Source: Candidatus Poribacteria bacterium (GTDB lineage Bacteria > Poribacteria > WGA-4E > PCPOR2b). Taken from it: a stretch of 64,000 nucleotides of DNA. The position numbers and the translations under genes are program-made. Below, one piece after another: positions 40,425 through 50,372 of the stretch. The notes beneath the pieces are model-generated. The model made no database searches and had not been told where the DNA came from. It was given only the letters and a program-made list of their open reading frames with translations. The stretch spans positions 1,248,001-1,312,000 of the forward strand of contig OZ240245.1 in NCBI GenBank assembly GCA_965198175.1, written 5' to 3'. Position 1 is the first letter of the stretch. Each line of letters starts with the position of its first letter.

Positions 40425-41372
40425 CTACTTACCGTCAATTGGGAACACGGTACCGTTCCCATGTTCATCAATAGCGAGTGCCGCGCCCGATTGCCCATCC
40501 TTGCCAATGGCACTGACAATTCCGCCATGTTCACCGATACAGAGCTCCGCTGCCCCTTGCCCATCTTTACCGCTGACACGGACACCACCTCCATGTTCGC
40601 CATGAATAGTCAGTGCTGCTGCCGGTTTCCCATCTTTGCCCAAAACATAGACCATTCCTCCATCGTCTCTCATATCGAGCCCTGCCCGTTGCCCATGTCT
40701 GCCTGAGACATCGACCTGTCCTCCATTTTCATCACTATACACCGATGCCCTAAACTCCCCATCATTGTCCGCCACCGTGACAATTCCACCATGCCCACCG
40801 ACAGAGAGCGTCGCTGCCGATTTCGTTTCCTTGCCGAATGCAGCGACACATCCCCTTTGATCCTGGGCACCGAGTCCTGCCCTCAATTGCCCATCCTTAC
40901 CATAGACGCTGACCTCACCGCAATGTTTACCGATACCCAGTTCCACCCTCGATTTCTCATCTTTACCCCGGACATCAACAACCCCGCCATGTTCCATCAC
41001 CCTGAGCGATGCCCCCAATTTCCCATCATGCCCCTGCACTATGACAGCGCCACCGTATTGTTCCGTCACAGTGAGCATCACCCCGACAGTTTCGTCTTTG
41101 TCTAGAATACTGACATGGCCGCCTTCGTTACCGATACCGAGCCCCACTCCAGATTCCCCATCTTTGTCCAAAACACGGACAACACCGCCGCGTTCACCGA
41201 CGCCGAGAACCACTCCTGGTATTCCCTCCGCATTGACGATTGTCAGCGAGGTACATTCGATCTCGCCGAATTTATCGCATGCCACAGTCACTGGAAACAG
41301 ACGCCTCCCAATGAGCATCCCGACAATGGTTAATAGACCTCCCACCGCTGCATAGCCTAAAATCTCTAACAT
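40425..41372 (-). CDS. Membrane-anchored 22-aa beta-repeat protein, copy 2
   Basis: N-terminal TM helix, DKFGEIECTSLTIV, about 12 repeats of xxxEHGGxVxVxGKDGxxxAxL. Confidence 0.8.
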   Translation of the reverse strand: MLEILGYAAVGGLLTIVGMLIGRRLFPVTVACDKFGEIECTSLTIVNAEGIPGVVLGVGERGGVVRVLDKDGESGVGLGIGNEGGHVSILDKDETVGVMLTVTEQYGGAVIVQGHDGKLGASLRVMEHGGVVDVRGKDEKSRVELGIGKHCGEVSVYGKDGQLRAGLGAQDQRGCVAAFGKETKSAATLSVGGHGGIVTVADNDGEFRASVYSDENGGQVDVSGRHGQRAGLDMRDDGGMVYVLGKDGKPAAALTIHGEHGGGVRVSGKDGQGAAELCIGEHGGIVSAIGKDGQSGAALAIDEHGNGTVFPIDGK

Positions 41373-41471
41373 AATAAAAACCCCCTTTTCGCAGTGACTT
41401 GCAACAACATCCCGACATGTATCAAAAGACTCCCAAAACCCGCATAGACCAGATTGTTTTGCAATTGTTGT

Positions 41472-41858
41472 CTATAAAACATCCTCTTCTGGTAATTCAC
41501 TTGCTTCGATCAGACTCTTCAGTTTATCACGAAAACTCTCTAAGCTCTCAACGCTGCACTTGAGTAAGTCTTGATAATGTTGCAATTTTTTATCGGGCAT
41601 TTTGTACTCCCCTAATATATGTGCGTTTGATTTATTCCAATCTTTCGCTCGATAAAAGGGGTTGTATAACCCAAGCCTTTCTATTGTGTCCTTCGACCAC
41701 TCTTCCGCTTCCGTAATTAGCTCTATGCAGCCTTTATATTTGAACGGCTGAGTATCATTTGCGGGTATCTTGATGTAATAAAGGCGGAGCTGTTTCCCTT
41801 TGCTGATTTGCTGTTCTATCAACCGAAAAAATTCGCTGCGTTCCCTTTGTACTGACAT
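41472..41858 (-). CDS. Hypothetical helical protein
   Basis: 128-aa AT-rich ORF with AAGGAG RBS. Confidence 0.6.
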   Translation of the reverse strand: MSVQRERSEFFRLIEQQISKGKQLRLYYIKIPANDTQPFKYKGCIELITEAEEWSKDTIERLGLYNPFYRAKDWNKSNAHILGEYKMPDKKLQHYQDLLKCSVESLESFRDKLKSLIEASELPEEDVL

Positions 41859-42264
41859 AAAAAACTCTCCTTAATTACTATAAAATGACAGATTCTTGCT
41901 TTGACTGTACCCCCGATCAATCAACTCCGCATCGCGCGCCACTGTATTTAACGAAGGTCACGGTGCGAACACGCCGACTTGGACCAGGACCAATTTCGAG
42001 AGACCCAACAGCTTCAAACACTTACGGGTCATAATTGCATAGATGTATATTCTGGTGGTCCAGTCAGAAACTCCACGAAGTGGGTGCCAGCAAGGGGTAC
42101 GCTGACGTATATTTGCCCCTTCTGCACTCCTCACTCGGATGTTGTGAAATTCTTGTTGAGTTTGTAACCTGTCCAACCCTCAACTGGATGTCACAAAACC
42201 TCACATTTTTTTATTTTTTGTCTGAATAGGGATTTTTAGGATTTACCGGATTGATTCTATTCGT

Positions 42265-42702
42265 TTAACGCCTTGATACGCGGTTTCGTATCTCCTTTAG
42301 GAGTCCCTCGGCAGCGTCAATTTTTGTAATGGGCTGTAGCGTTTTTGGGGGTGTCCAACCAACAATCTCTCTCAAATCAGCTATACTAATCGGATTGTTG
42401 TCAATCGAAAGAAACCAGTCAACAGGGATTCGATTTTCTGTGTATTCCGTATACTGATATACCAACCGATCCCTACCTTGATAACTAGAACCAGCCCGAG
42501 ACTCAGAAACCTGACCCGCAGCTGCAACACCGCACTTACTGACATACATGAAAAAAATATCGCCCGGCTTGAGTGTTTCAAACGCCTGCGCGCCAGATTC
42601 TTCATTGTCTCCCGAAGTAAACGCGAGATCGTATTTGATCCACTTCGCATGAGGACTGTAACCAAGAGCATCAGTATCGGTATTGATGTAATAGTAGGTC
42701 AT
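42265..42702 (-). CDS. Hypothetical protein, EVE/PUA-like domain
   Basis: YYYINT...LKPGDIFFMYV...GVAAAGQV...RIPVDW...ISIADL pattern; AAAGGAG RBS before ATG 42702. Confidence 0.55.
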   Translation of the reverse strand: MTYYYINTDTDALGYSPHAKWIKYDLAFTSGDNEESGAQAFETLKPGDIFFMYVSKCGVAAAGQVSESRAGSSYQGRDRLVYQYTEYTENRIPVDWFLSIDNNPISIADLREIVGWTPPKTLQPITKIDAAEGLLKEIRNRVSRR

Positions 42703-42969
42703 GTTTATCTCCTTTGTAGGGGGCACACACCAGCCGGTATTCGGTTTGGGTTAGGACGGTGTTTACTTGAAAGTTTCTGCGATTTAATGATTTCGCCCGA
42801 AAACTTGTGAATAGTATCTTAACATATTGCAAGGGAGGTATGCCCTGAAATTGCGAGTTATTTTGTCTTGGGGGGAATAAATTGGGAAGAGTTGCAAATT
42901 ATCGCTTGGAATCTGGTGTGGGAACAAATGCGGGTGAAGGCATTTGAATGTGGGGAGTTCTTGCAAAAC

Positions 42970-43238
42970 TTTTGTAGGTTGGGTTGAGCGGATTACACGA
43001 ATGAGGTCTTTTTTAACAAATCGCTCGGCAGGTTAACCGCGTCCGAGATTTGATGGATGGAGTGTAACCCAACGTTTTTCGTATCCCCCAATCGCTTCCG
43101 GTCAACTAAACACTTCGCAATTAACAGAAAGCGTTGGGTTACGCTACATCAATCATAATTTCTAATGCAATCAAAGCACGAAGGGTATGCGAAATACCTA
43201 CATTTACTCGTCAACACCGCTTAACCCAACCTACAAAA
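42970..43238. repeat. REPIN/MITE-like element built from GTAG-family REP half-sites
   Basis: Outer IR TTTTGTAGGTTGGGTTGAGCGG / CCGCTTAACCCAACCTACAAAA (21 of 22 match); inner IR around GTAACCCAACG (43056-43080) and CGTTGGGTTAC (43127-43150). Confidence 0.8.
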
Positions 43239-43276
43239 ACTTTGATGTCAGTGGGAGGATGCTTGAGTCAACGCAC

Positions 43277-44167
43277 TCACTTCCGCCGCGAAAGATATGA
43301 TGACAGTGCGTAATCGAAGGGGGTTGACGTGTCGATCTGTACGTAGTCAATTAAGCTTGCCCCGCATCCCCGCCGATAACCTTGAATGAACGCATTGAGT
43401 TGTTCGAGATAACCCGCTTTCAGCGCTTCAGACTGGGTTGGCAGCGTTTTGCCGGTCTCTATATCCTGGAAGACAGTGGGACCTTCGAATGGAAATGTCA
43501 TCTCGGCACTATCGAGCAGATGAAAAACAATAACCTCGTGTTTGCGATGGCGGAAGTGTTTGAGTGCGGAGAGTACCTCTGACTGTTGGTCTAGGAGATC
43601 GGAGATGACAATCACCAAACCGCGGCGAACAATCCGCTTGGCGAGTTCATGAAGGATTGCGCTGATGTTCGTTTCATTTCCCGGCTTAGCCTTTTCGAGC
43701 ACCGACATTATCGCGTGCAGGTGGGGCGCTGCGCCACGGGGTGGAATGTATTCCCGGATATGGTTGTCGAAAACCGCCAAGCCAACGGAATCACGTTGCT
43801 TGAGCATTAGATAGGAAATTGATGCAGCGAGGTAGCAACCGTACTCAAACTTGGAGAGAGTTTTTTCATCGTATTTATAGCTCATCGAGCCGCTCGCATC
43901 GAGCAAGACATAAGTACGGAGGTTTGTTTCCTCTTCAAATTTTTTGACATAGTAGCGATCGGATTTGCCGTAAACTTTCCAGTCGATATATCGGATTTCG
44001 TCGCCGGGCATGTATTGACGGTGTTCGGCAAACTCGACGCTGAAGCCTTGATAGGGGCTTTTGTGCAAACCTGTTATGAATCCTTCTACAACGAGACGTG
44101 CAACTAACTCCATATCGCCTAATCGAGAAAGCGCAACCGGATCTAAGTATCTATGGGATGTTCTCAT
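43277..44167 (-). CDS. DUF58 family protein (vWA-like, MoxR-associated)
   Basis: GLHKSPYQGFSVEFAEHRQYMPGDEIRYIDWK, YVKKFEEETN, LDASGSM, VISDL. Confidence 0.93.
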   Translation of the reverse strand: MRTSHRYLDPVALSRLGDMELVARLVVEGFITGLHKSPYQGFSVEFAEHRQYMPGDEIRYIDWKVYGKSDRYYVKKFEEETNLRTYVLLDASGSMSYKYDEKTLSKFEYGCYLAASISYLMLKQRDSVGLAVFDNHIREYIPPRGAAPHLHAIMSVLEKAKPGNETNISAILHELAKRIVRRGLVIVISDLLDQQSEVLSALKHFRHRKHEVIVFHLLDSAEMTFPFEGPTVFQDIETGKTLPTQSEALKAGYLEQLNAFIQGYRRGCGASLIDYVQIDTSTPFDYALSSYLSRRK

Positions 44168-44206
44168 TGAATCACCGTGAAACTTGAAAAGAAATAAGCA
44201 TGCAAC

Positions 44207-45061
44207 CTACTGCTCTGTCGATTGATTATTGGCGATTTCCTCACACTGCTGATTCAACCGTTCAATATACCGCCTCGTCGTTGAGAAGACCATGTCCAAC
44301 GTGGCAATATCCCGCACTTCGAGGCGGGTTCTTGAAAATACGCGCCTCAACGAGCGGAGAAACGTCTCCCAGTCACGATTGTAAGGCGAAACGCCAATTT
44401 GCTTGAGTAAATCAATTACCCGATTGTAAAACGCTTCAATGTCACCTATCTCAGCATAATTCAGTTCGGCAGGTGGAATATCTCCCGCACTAGCGAGAAA
44501 GATTTCGTAGGCGAGGATCTGAACGGCTTGCGCCAAGTTCAAGGATGGGTTTTTGGTTGCCATCGGGATGCTCGCAGTCAACTGGCAACGGCTAATATGA
44601 TGGGTCGATAAGCCAAAATCCTCGCGCCCGAAAAGCAGAGCGACCGGTTGGTTTTGTGAAATAGCGGCAATCTCCGCGGCTGCTTCCCTCGCAGGGGTGG
44701 CAGGAGGTAACTTGGGCTCGCGTAGCCGATGGGTTGCGCCAACGACAAAGTGAATTTCTTCGAGCGCTTCCTCCAGCGTTTCCACGACGCAGCAGTTTTC
44801 GACAATCTCCGCTGCTCCGTGCGCCATGTACCATGTTGCATTAACGTCCCAAAATGGGACGGGGTTAACCAGATAAAACTGCGACAGTCCCATCCCTTTT
44901 ATCGCCCGAGCGACGGATCCAATATTGCCCGGTTCCCTCGGCTCAAACAGTATGATTCGGATGTTATTCAGATTCCTCGGTACGTCGACGTCTATCGCTC
45001 GGTAACGCGCGGTAGACTCGGTTGTCTGTGGTTCTTCGGCTATATTGGGACTTGTTGTCAT
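44207..45061 (-). CDS. trmJ: SPOUT RNA methyltransferase, TrmJ/LasT family
   Basis: PGNIGSVARA, LFGREDFGL, PSLNLAQAV. Confidence 0.85.
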   Translation of the reverse strand: MTTSPNIAEEPQTTESTARYRAIDVDVPRNLNNIRIILFEPREPGNIGSVARAIKGMGLSQFYLVNPVPFWDVNATWYMAHGAAEIVENCCVVETLEEALEEIHFVVGATHRLREPKLPPATPAREAAAEIAAISQNQPVALLFGREDFGLSTHHISRCQLTASIPMATKNPSLNLAQAVQILAYEIFLASAGDIPPAELNYAEIGDIEAFYNRVIDLLKQIGVSPYNRDWETFLRSLRRVFSRTRLEVRDIATLDMVFSTTRRYIERLNQQCEEIANNQSTEQ

Positions 45062-45178
45062 CGGGCAATCTTTTTGTGAAATCAGCAAGGACGTGAATGG
45101 GACGCCTGCTGTTTCGCAGTTATGGTAAGCTAATTAAGAATTAAAATACAGAGTGGTTTTTTCTTGACTGAGGTGTTT

Positions 45179-47830
45179 CTACTTCTTCGATTGTTTATTG
45201 CTGTTTCTCTCGTTGTCTTGTGATGTCTGTTTTCCCCATGACGCATAATAGATTGCATTAAACAACAGCTTAAACGTGCCATGGGACTGTGCGCGGTGCT
45301 GAGGCTTGAAGCCGAATAAGATGATGTTCCCCTTTCCAAGATTGACATCCAAGAGCGCACCTTTTTGACGGATACGCTTATCTCCCTGAATCCAGCCGCT
45401 CATGAGCGGGTTAAAGTCAGGATAGGATGCGACCGGCTTCCCGCCCCTTGCCTCAAGGGCGGGTCCGGACTTAAAAAATACCGCCATTTCGCGATCGAGT
45501 CCATACCCAATCGGATGCGTTGTCTCGACAAAAACGCGGAGCAACGATCCAGGGCAGAAGAACGGTTCCGGCTTGGTTCCCTTTTGGTTGGATTCGCTGA
45601 GTGCCTCAAGAACGTTGGTAACTTCCAAGCCGAAATAACTCCCTGGGAGCTGCGACGCCCGGTTCAAACAGATGAGGGTTCCACCGTTTTCAACGAACGT
45701 GCGAAGATTCGCCGCGCCCTCCAACCCGATTCCACCGATGTACTCCGGCGGCAGAACACCTTCAGCGTGTCCGTTTATCATTTTTGATGCACTCATATCG
45801 GGCAGAATAATCGCATCGTATCGCTCGGCTAAATTGCCTGCACGAATCTCAGCATCAGTTAGGCTCCGATAGGGGAATTCGTGTTGTTCTAACACCCACC
45901 GAGTCCAACCTTCATCCATGTTCGCGACCCATGGTTTGTAGAGACCCAGACGCGGCTGCTTTAATCTCACATCTCGATCCTTGTTTGGCAGATTAGCCAG
46001 CTCGTGGATTTCAATGCCTAGGGATTCGGCAAGTTCTTGGAGATGGGCTGACACATGCAGTGGAATCTGTGTGGTTGTGATAAAAATGGATCCGCGTGGA
46101 AATTTCTGACCGCTTATAGTATGTTCTTTGGACGACCAGTGGACTGTGAATCCTTCTGCTCCCAGCAGTCGATTGAGCGCGATGGTCTCTGCATTTGTTT
46201 GGTTTTTGAAAAGATACGCAACAGGTTCAGAAACAGTATGCAATCTGCCCTGCACGTTCGGAATTTCCTCCACACGCATGAGATTAGCATCGAAGTCGTC
46301 AACTACCGTGACGACTTTAACGCCCATCTGTAACGGGAGTGTCCAGCCAGCGATGTCATACGGACGTTCGGGCGGCGCTTTGGGTCCCGCGCGGCGTTCG
46401 GGATAGTTCTGCACTTCAAGCAAATCCTTGACGTGTCCGCGAAATGGCTGCGCCATCGAAATTACATAGGTGCCTGCGGGATATTCGACGCCATCGGCAG
46501 TAAAACTTGCATTTGCCCGATGAATCTCTACACCACCGCGCTGCAAGATTCTTAGCATCTTAAGGGCGCTATTGAGGTCGCGTTGGTTCATCGGTACAAG
46601 AAATGCTCGTGGAGGTTCATCGTTCCCCTTTTCCACCGCAACACGTCCCATTTTGAAGAAATTTGAGAGAAACATCTCCTTATGTTTGGCAACGCACGAG
46701 AGGATTGAATACGACGCAGATATTTCGTAGTCGATGATGTTACGTAACCGCCACCAGCCGCCGGGCCACGGCTCAGGGAAGTTGGTCTGCGACGCATACC
46801 TTCCGAGACCACGTCGATGCCCCTTCAAGGTGCTGCGAGGTTGAAAGATTGGCGAAGCAATGTTGACCCCTGCAGCTTCAGTCAGAATACCCACCATGTT
46901 GTGCCGATAGGGTACGGTGCGGAAACCTCCGTGCCACCACGTGTCGTATACTGCGTTAGAGAGGACACCGGTGTATCCCTGTGAGGTGAGATCTAGCGCG
47001 ATTTGTGCGCCGATCAGGGAAAGTTCACGCTGTAGAATCGGATGGATGTTGGGATTGACCGGATCAAAATAAGGTGGAATCACAAACCGCGCTCCTCTAT
47101 TACCCATCTGGTGAACATCGTAGACCACTTCAGGAAACCACTCCTCATAGAGGATCCGGGTTACAATCTGTGTCTCAATCTGCGTCAGCATGAACCAGTC
47201 ACGGTTGTTATCGTGTCCGGTGTATTTGTGATAGAGCCACGGCATTGGCGAGCCCTCATACGGCGTTCCAACCCAGCGATCGTACCAATCGATGACCATG
47301 TTTAGCCCGTCAGGATTCGTGGAAGGAATAAGTAGGATAATCACGTTCTCCAGAATGTCCCCGACCTGCGGCGTATTTTCCGTTGCCAGTCGATAGGCAA
47401 GTTCCATCGACATTTGTGATGATGCAATCTCTGTTGAATGTAGATTGCAGTTGATTAGAACGACTGCTTTCCCTTCACGGCAAAGCCCCTCCAGTTCAAC
47501 TGCATCCTGTCCGCGAGGATCGGCGAGCTTTTGCTGAATCGCCTTGTAACGTTCCCGGTTCGCCAAATTTTCGGGCGAAGATATTAACACGAGCACAAAG
47601 TCGTGTCCTTCTGTAGTTTTGCCTCGATTTTCCAGCATCACCCGATCAGAATGTTCAGCCAATTGTCTTAGATAGTCCGTGATTGTTTCCCAACGTGCCA
47701 ATTTGTAGTCGGCGCCGACGGGAAAGCCTAGCACATCTTCTGGGCTGTTAATCTGTGCCTCTGCGGAAGCAAGTGCGAAAAATAGACTGATGACTCCAAT
47801 GAAAAGCTGGGAAAAAGCCTGACGTAACAT
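45179..47830 (-). CDS. Secreted M14 family zinc carboxypeptidase with C-terminal GATase-like domain
   Basis: HSTE (HxxE), NPDG, DNNRD, DVHQMG, PYDIAGWTLP, DEGWTRW, FVENGGTLI; signal peptide from ATG 47830. Confidence 0.9.
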   Translation of the reverse strand: MLRQAFSQLFIGVISLFFALASAEAQINSPEDVLGFPVGADYKLARWETITDYLRQLAEHSDRVMLENRGKTTEGHDFVLVLISSPENLANRERYKAIQQKLADPRGQDAVELEGLCREGKAVVLINCNLHSTEIASSQMSMELAYRLATENTPQVGDILENVIILLIPSTNPDGLNMVIDWYDRWVGTPYEGSPMPWLYHKYTGHDNNRDWFMLTQIETQIVTRILYEEWFPEVVYDVHQMGNRGARFVIPPYFDPVNPNIHPILQRELSLIGAQIALDLTSQGYTGVLSNAVYDTWWHGGFRTVPYRHNMVGILTEAAGVNIASPIFQPRSTLKGHRRGLGRYASQTNFPEPWPGGWWRLRNIIDYEISASYSILSCVAKHKEMFLSNFFKMGRVAVEKGNDEPPRAFLVPMNQRDLNSALKMLRILQRGGVEIHRANASFTADGVEYPAGTYVISMAQPFRGHVKDLLEVQNYPERRAGPKAPPERPYDIAGWTLPLQMGVKVVTVVDDFDANLMRVEEIPNVQGRLHTVSEPVAYLFKNQTNAETIALNRLLGAEGFTVHWSSKEHTISGQKFPRGSIFITTTQIPLHVSAHLQELAESLGIEIHELANLPNKDRDVRLKQPRLGLYKPWVANMDEGWTRWVLEQHEFPYRSLTDAEIRAGNLAERYDAIILPDMSASKMINGHAEGVLPPEYIGGIGLEGAANLRTFVENGGTLICLNRASQLPGSYFGLEVTNVLEALSESNQKGTKPEPFFCPGSLLRVFVETTHPIGYGLDREMAVFFKSGPALEARGGKPVASYPDFNPLMSGWIQGDKRIRQKGALLDVNLGKGNIILFGFKPQHRAQSHGTFKLLFNAIYYASWGKQTSQDNERNSNKQSKK

Positions 47831-47978
47831 TATGCGCCGTCTGAGATATGTCTTGCTGAACAATTGGATATAAACAACCTGCATTTTACTCATAATAATC
47901 GAAATTACCCAGATTATGCGAGATGACGAACTTGAGCTAGCCGCTAGTGGATAACTCTTTGAGGCGTTGTCTTCATTT

Positions 47979-50372
47979 CTAGGCGCCACGTCTCCCTTCG
48001 TTCTTCGGATTCCAGAAAGCAGAAATCAACGCCGTAATCGGAATCGTTAGCACGAGACCGAGTGTGCCGGCCAGCAGGCGCACAACCTCTGCAGACGCGG
48101 TTCCAATACTCAAAAGCTCGACGGTGGGGGATCGGAAGAGATCTAAGTTTGGTGCCGTTGATGCCAAGACAAACAGTAGCTCCACACCGAGATAAGCGAA
48201 CACCAACGTATTCACCATTGTGCCAAGAATATCGGTGCCGACATTCATTCCAGATGCGATCAATCGCCATGTCGGCATGTTCGGGTTTGCCCGGCGAATC
48301 TCTTCCATTGACGACGAAACCTCAATCGCGCCATCTACCGCTACGCCTAGCACGCCCATCAACATCCCTGCGAGTAGCACTTGACGAAAATCAAAAGGCG
48401 GTTTACGTATGGCTTCGATGATGTCCGCTGAGACTGCGTTCTCCAACCCGGAGAAGTGGAGGTAGTTCTGCGAGTACATCACGATTAACCCGGCGGCGAG
48501 AATGCCTCCCATTGTCCCGAACACGGCCGAGAAGGTTTTGCGACTCGGTCCAATCACAAACACCAGGGACACAAATGCGATTAGACCGGAGGTCAGAGTG
48601 ACGATAATCACAGCGTTTTTCCCTTGTGAAATCAGAGGGAGCATGAAGAAATAGAGAATGAGCCCTGAAATTCCCATGGCGCAGGCAGTGCGTATCCCTT
48701 CGTTTCGCCCCACAACGATGATTGCAATCAGCATTAATCCAAGCATCCACAGCAGGAATCGATCCCGTCCATATTCCTGTACGATATTGACGAGGCTGAG
48801 TTGGTCCGGTGAACCACCTACACGACAGAGGATAGTGTCTCCCGGTTCAGCAGGAATGCTCAGTAATGGCATGCTGTGGTTGATGATGTTTCGCAGAACG
48901 ATCCGTTCCCCCTTGTAGAGCCCTGAGAGCATTTCAACTTCAAGGATTTGATGCTCCGTAATCTCATTCATCGGGTTGGATTCGAGGAGGCGAATGACTT
49001 TCCCTTTCGCATACTCGGATCGGAAAGTCAGCTCACCATTCTCATTGCGCTGTTCAATGATTGTTGCTGAAGTATTGTTAACGCGATTGTGAAAGTATTG
49101 TATGCCGACGATCGCAACTATCAATGCAATGGGTACCGCCAAACGCGCTTTACCGCCCGGATCACTGCGGAAGCGTTCTTCGATTTCTTCTGCTGACGGG
49201 AGGTTCTCATGGATATCTGACGGTTTGACCTTCGTATACCGAGTCAAGATGCCAGCGATTATCGCAGCAATGGGAACTGTCAGGACTAAACCAATCGTTC
49301 CGACAATGGCTCGTGCAATAGCGACCGCGGTTGCCTCATCATTCATCAGGCGGATGAACGGATAAAGCGCTCCAACTTCAGGGAAATCAATCCGTGGGAG
49401 CAACATTGTAATCATGTGTGCACCGAGGTAGGCGAAGATGAGTGTGTCTGCCATCGTCCCCATGATGTCTCGACCGACATTAAGCCCAACGCGGATTGCT
49501 TGACGCACGGTAACATTTGGGTTGACCTGCTTGACCTCGTAAACAGATGAAGAGATGGACATGCCCACGTCCATCATGGCGCCAACCGCCCCCAGAATCA
49601 TCCCTGATACGAGTATACCCTCGAAATTCCAATTGTGGGAAGCGGGCGTTCGCCAGAGCGCGAGACCGAGTTCGAGAAAGCCAAATTCTTGAGCTAATCC
49701 GGTCAGAATCATCGCCTTCAGGCTAATGACGGAAAGAATTCCAACGGCTACCAAACCGCCAAGCGTTCCCAACACGCCGGAGATGACCTTGAAGCTAAAC
49801 CCGGTAATCAGTACAAAAGTCGCGAGAGTTAGAAAAGCTGAAACGAATAAGGTGACGATTATAGGATTATAACCTTTAATCATCAGGGGAACTAAGACGT
49901 AGAGAACAACAAATGCCGTAACAAAGAGTGTCAGGATTGCCCGTAACCCCTTCATGCCAGCGACCAAAATCATCAAGCAGCCTAATAAGCCTGCAAGGTA
50001 AATCAAAAAAGGGGTTCGGAAATATTCAAGCATCCGCACATCTTCGATTGCCGTTTGATTTTGGTATCTGAGGGGAATTTCAAGGAAGAGCACATCCCCC
50101 TTCCGGAGTACCCGATCTCCGAACGCCCGTCCCGTCCAGATATTCTTGACTTGAACGCTTTTTCCCCGAAATTCCCCTGAAATAAGCTGAAAGGTCAAAA
50201 TCTGGTCGGCTTCTTCACTCGTATCCACTATTGTCACTCGACCTAGGCAAACGAGGGTTTTCAATGCTCCTTGATAGACAACCTCAGAAAACCGAAACAG
50301 TTTAACATGTAGGAACAGAATAATCACGAGGATCGTCAGAACACCAAGAACCTTTAATTTCCATTCCGTCAT
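47979..50372 (-). CDS. YibE/F family membrane protein with two tandem YibE/F units
   Basis: GAMMDV..SISSSV.E...VGRDIMGTMADTL and GVAVDG...SSSMEE...VGTDILGTMVNTL. Confidence 0.88.
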   Translation of the reverse strand: MTEWKLKVLGVLTILVIILFLHVKLFRFSEVVYQGALKTLVCLGRVTIVDTSEEADQILTFQLISGEFRGKSVQVKNIWTGRAFGDRVLRKGDVLFLEIPLRYQNQTAIEDVRMLEYFRTPFLIYLAGLLGCLMILVAGMKGLRAILTLFVTAFVVLYVLVPLMIKGYNPIIVTLFVSAFLTLATFVLITGFSFKVISGVLGTLGGLVAVGILSVISLKAMILTGLAQEFGFLELGLALWRTPASHNWNFEGILVSGMILGAVGAMMDVGMSISSSVYEVKQVNPNVTVRQAIRVGLNVGRDIMGTMADTLIFAYLGAHMITMLLPRIDFPEVGALYPFIRLMNDEATAVAIARAIVGTIGLVLTVPIAAIIAGILTRYTKVKPSDIHENLPSAEEIEERFRSDPGGKARLAVPIALIVAIVGIQYFHNRVNNTSATIIEQRNENGELTFRSEYAKGKVIRLLESNPMNEITEHQILEVEMLSGLYKGERIVLRNIINHSMPLLSIPAEPGDTILCRVGGSPDQLSLVNIVQEYGRDRFLLWMLGLMLIAIIVVGRNEGIRTACAMGISGLILYFFMLPLISQGKNAVIIVTLTSGLIAFVSLVFVIGPSRKTFSAVFGTMGGILAAGLIVMYSQNYLHFSGLENAVSADIIEAIRKPPFDFRQVLLAGMLMGVLGVAVDGAIEVSSSMEEIRRANPNMPTWRLIASGMNVGTDILGTMVNTLVFAYLGVELLFVLASTAPNLDLFRSPTVELLSIGTASAEVVRLLAGTLGLVLTIPITALISAFWNPKNEGRRGA

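Noticed and set aside
39981..40783. Repeat pair as template/variable regions of a diversity-generating retroelement
   Set aside because: Only three mismatches, not adenine-specific in one copy; both copies are coding; no reverse transcriptase in the window
41958..42229. Overlapping 62-72 aa ORFs in the island spacer
   Set aside because: No motifs or RBS, and mutually overlapping; may be a decayed gene but is unidentifiable
38299..42726. Integron cassette array
   Set aside because: No integrase and no attC (RYYYAAC...GTTRRRY) structures recognised between the genes
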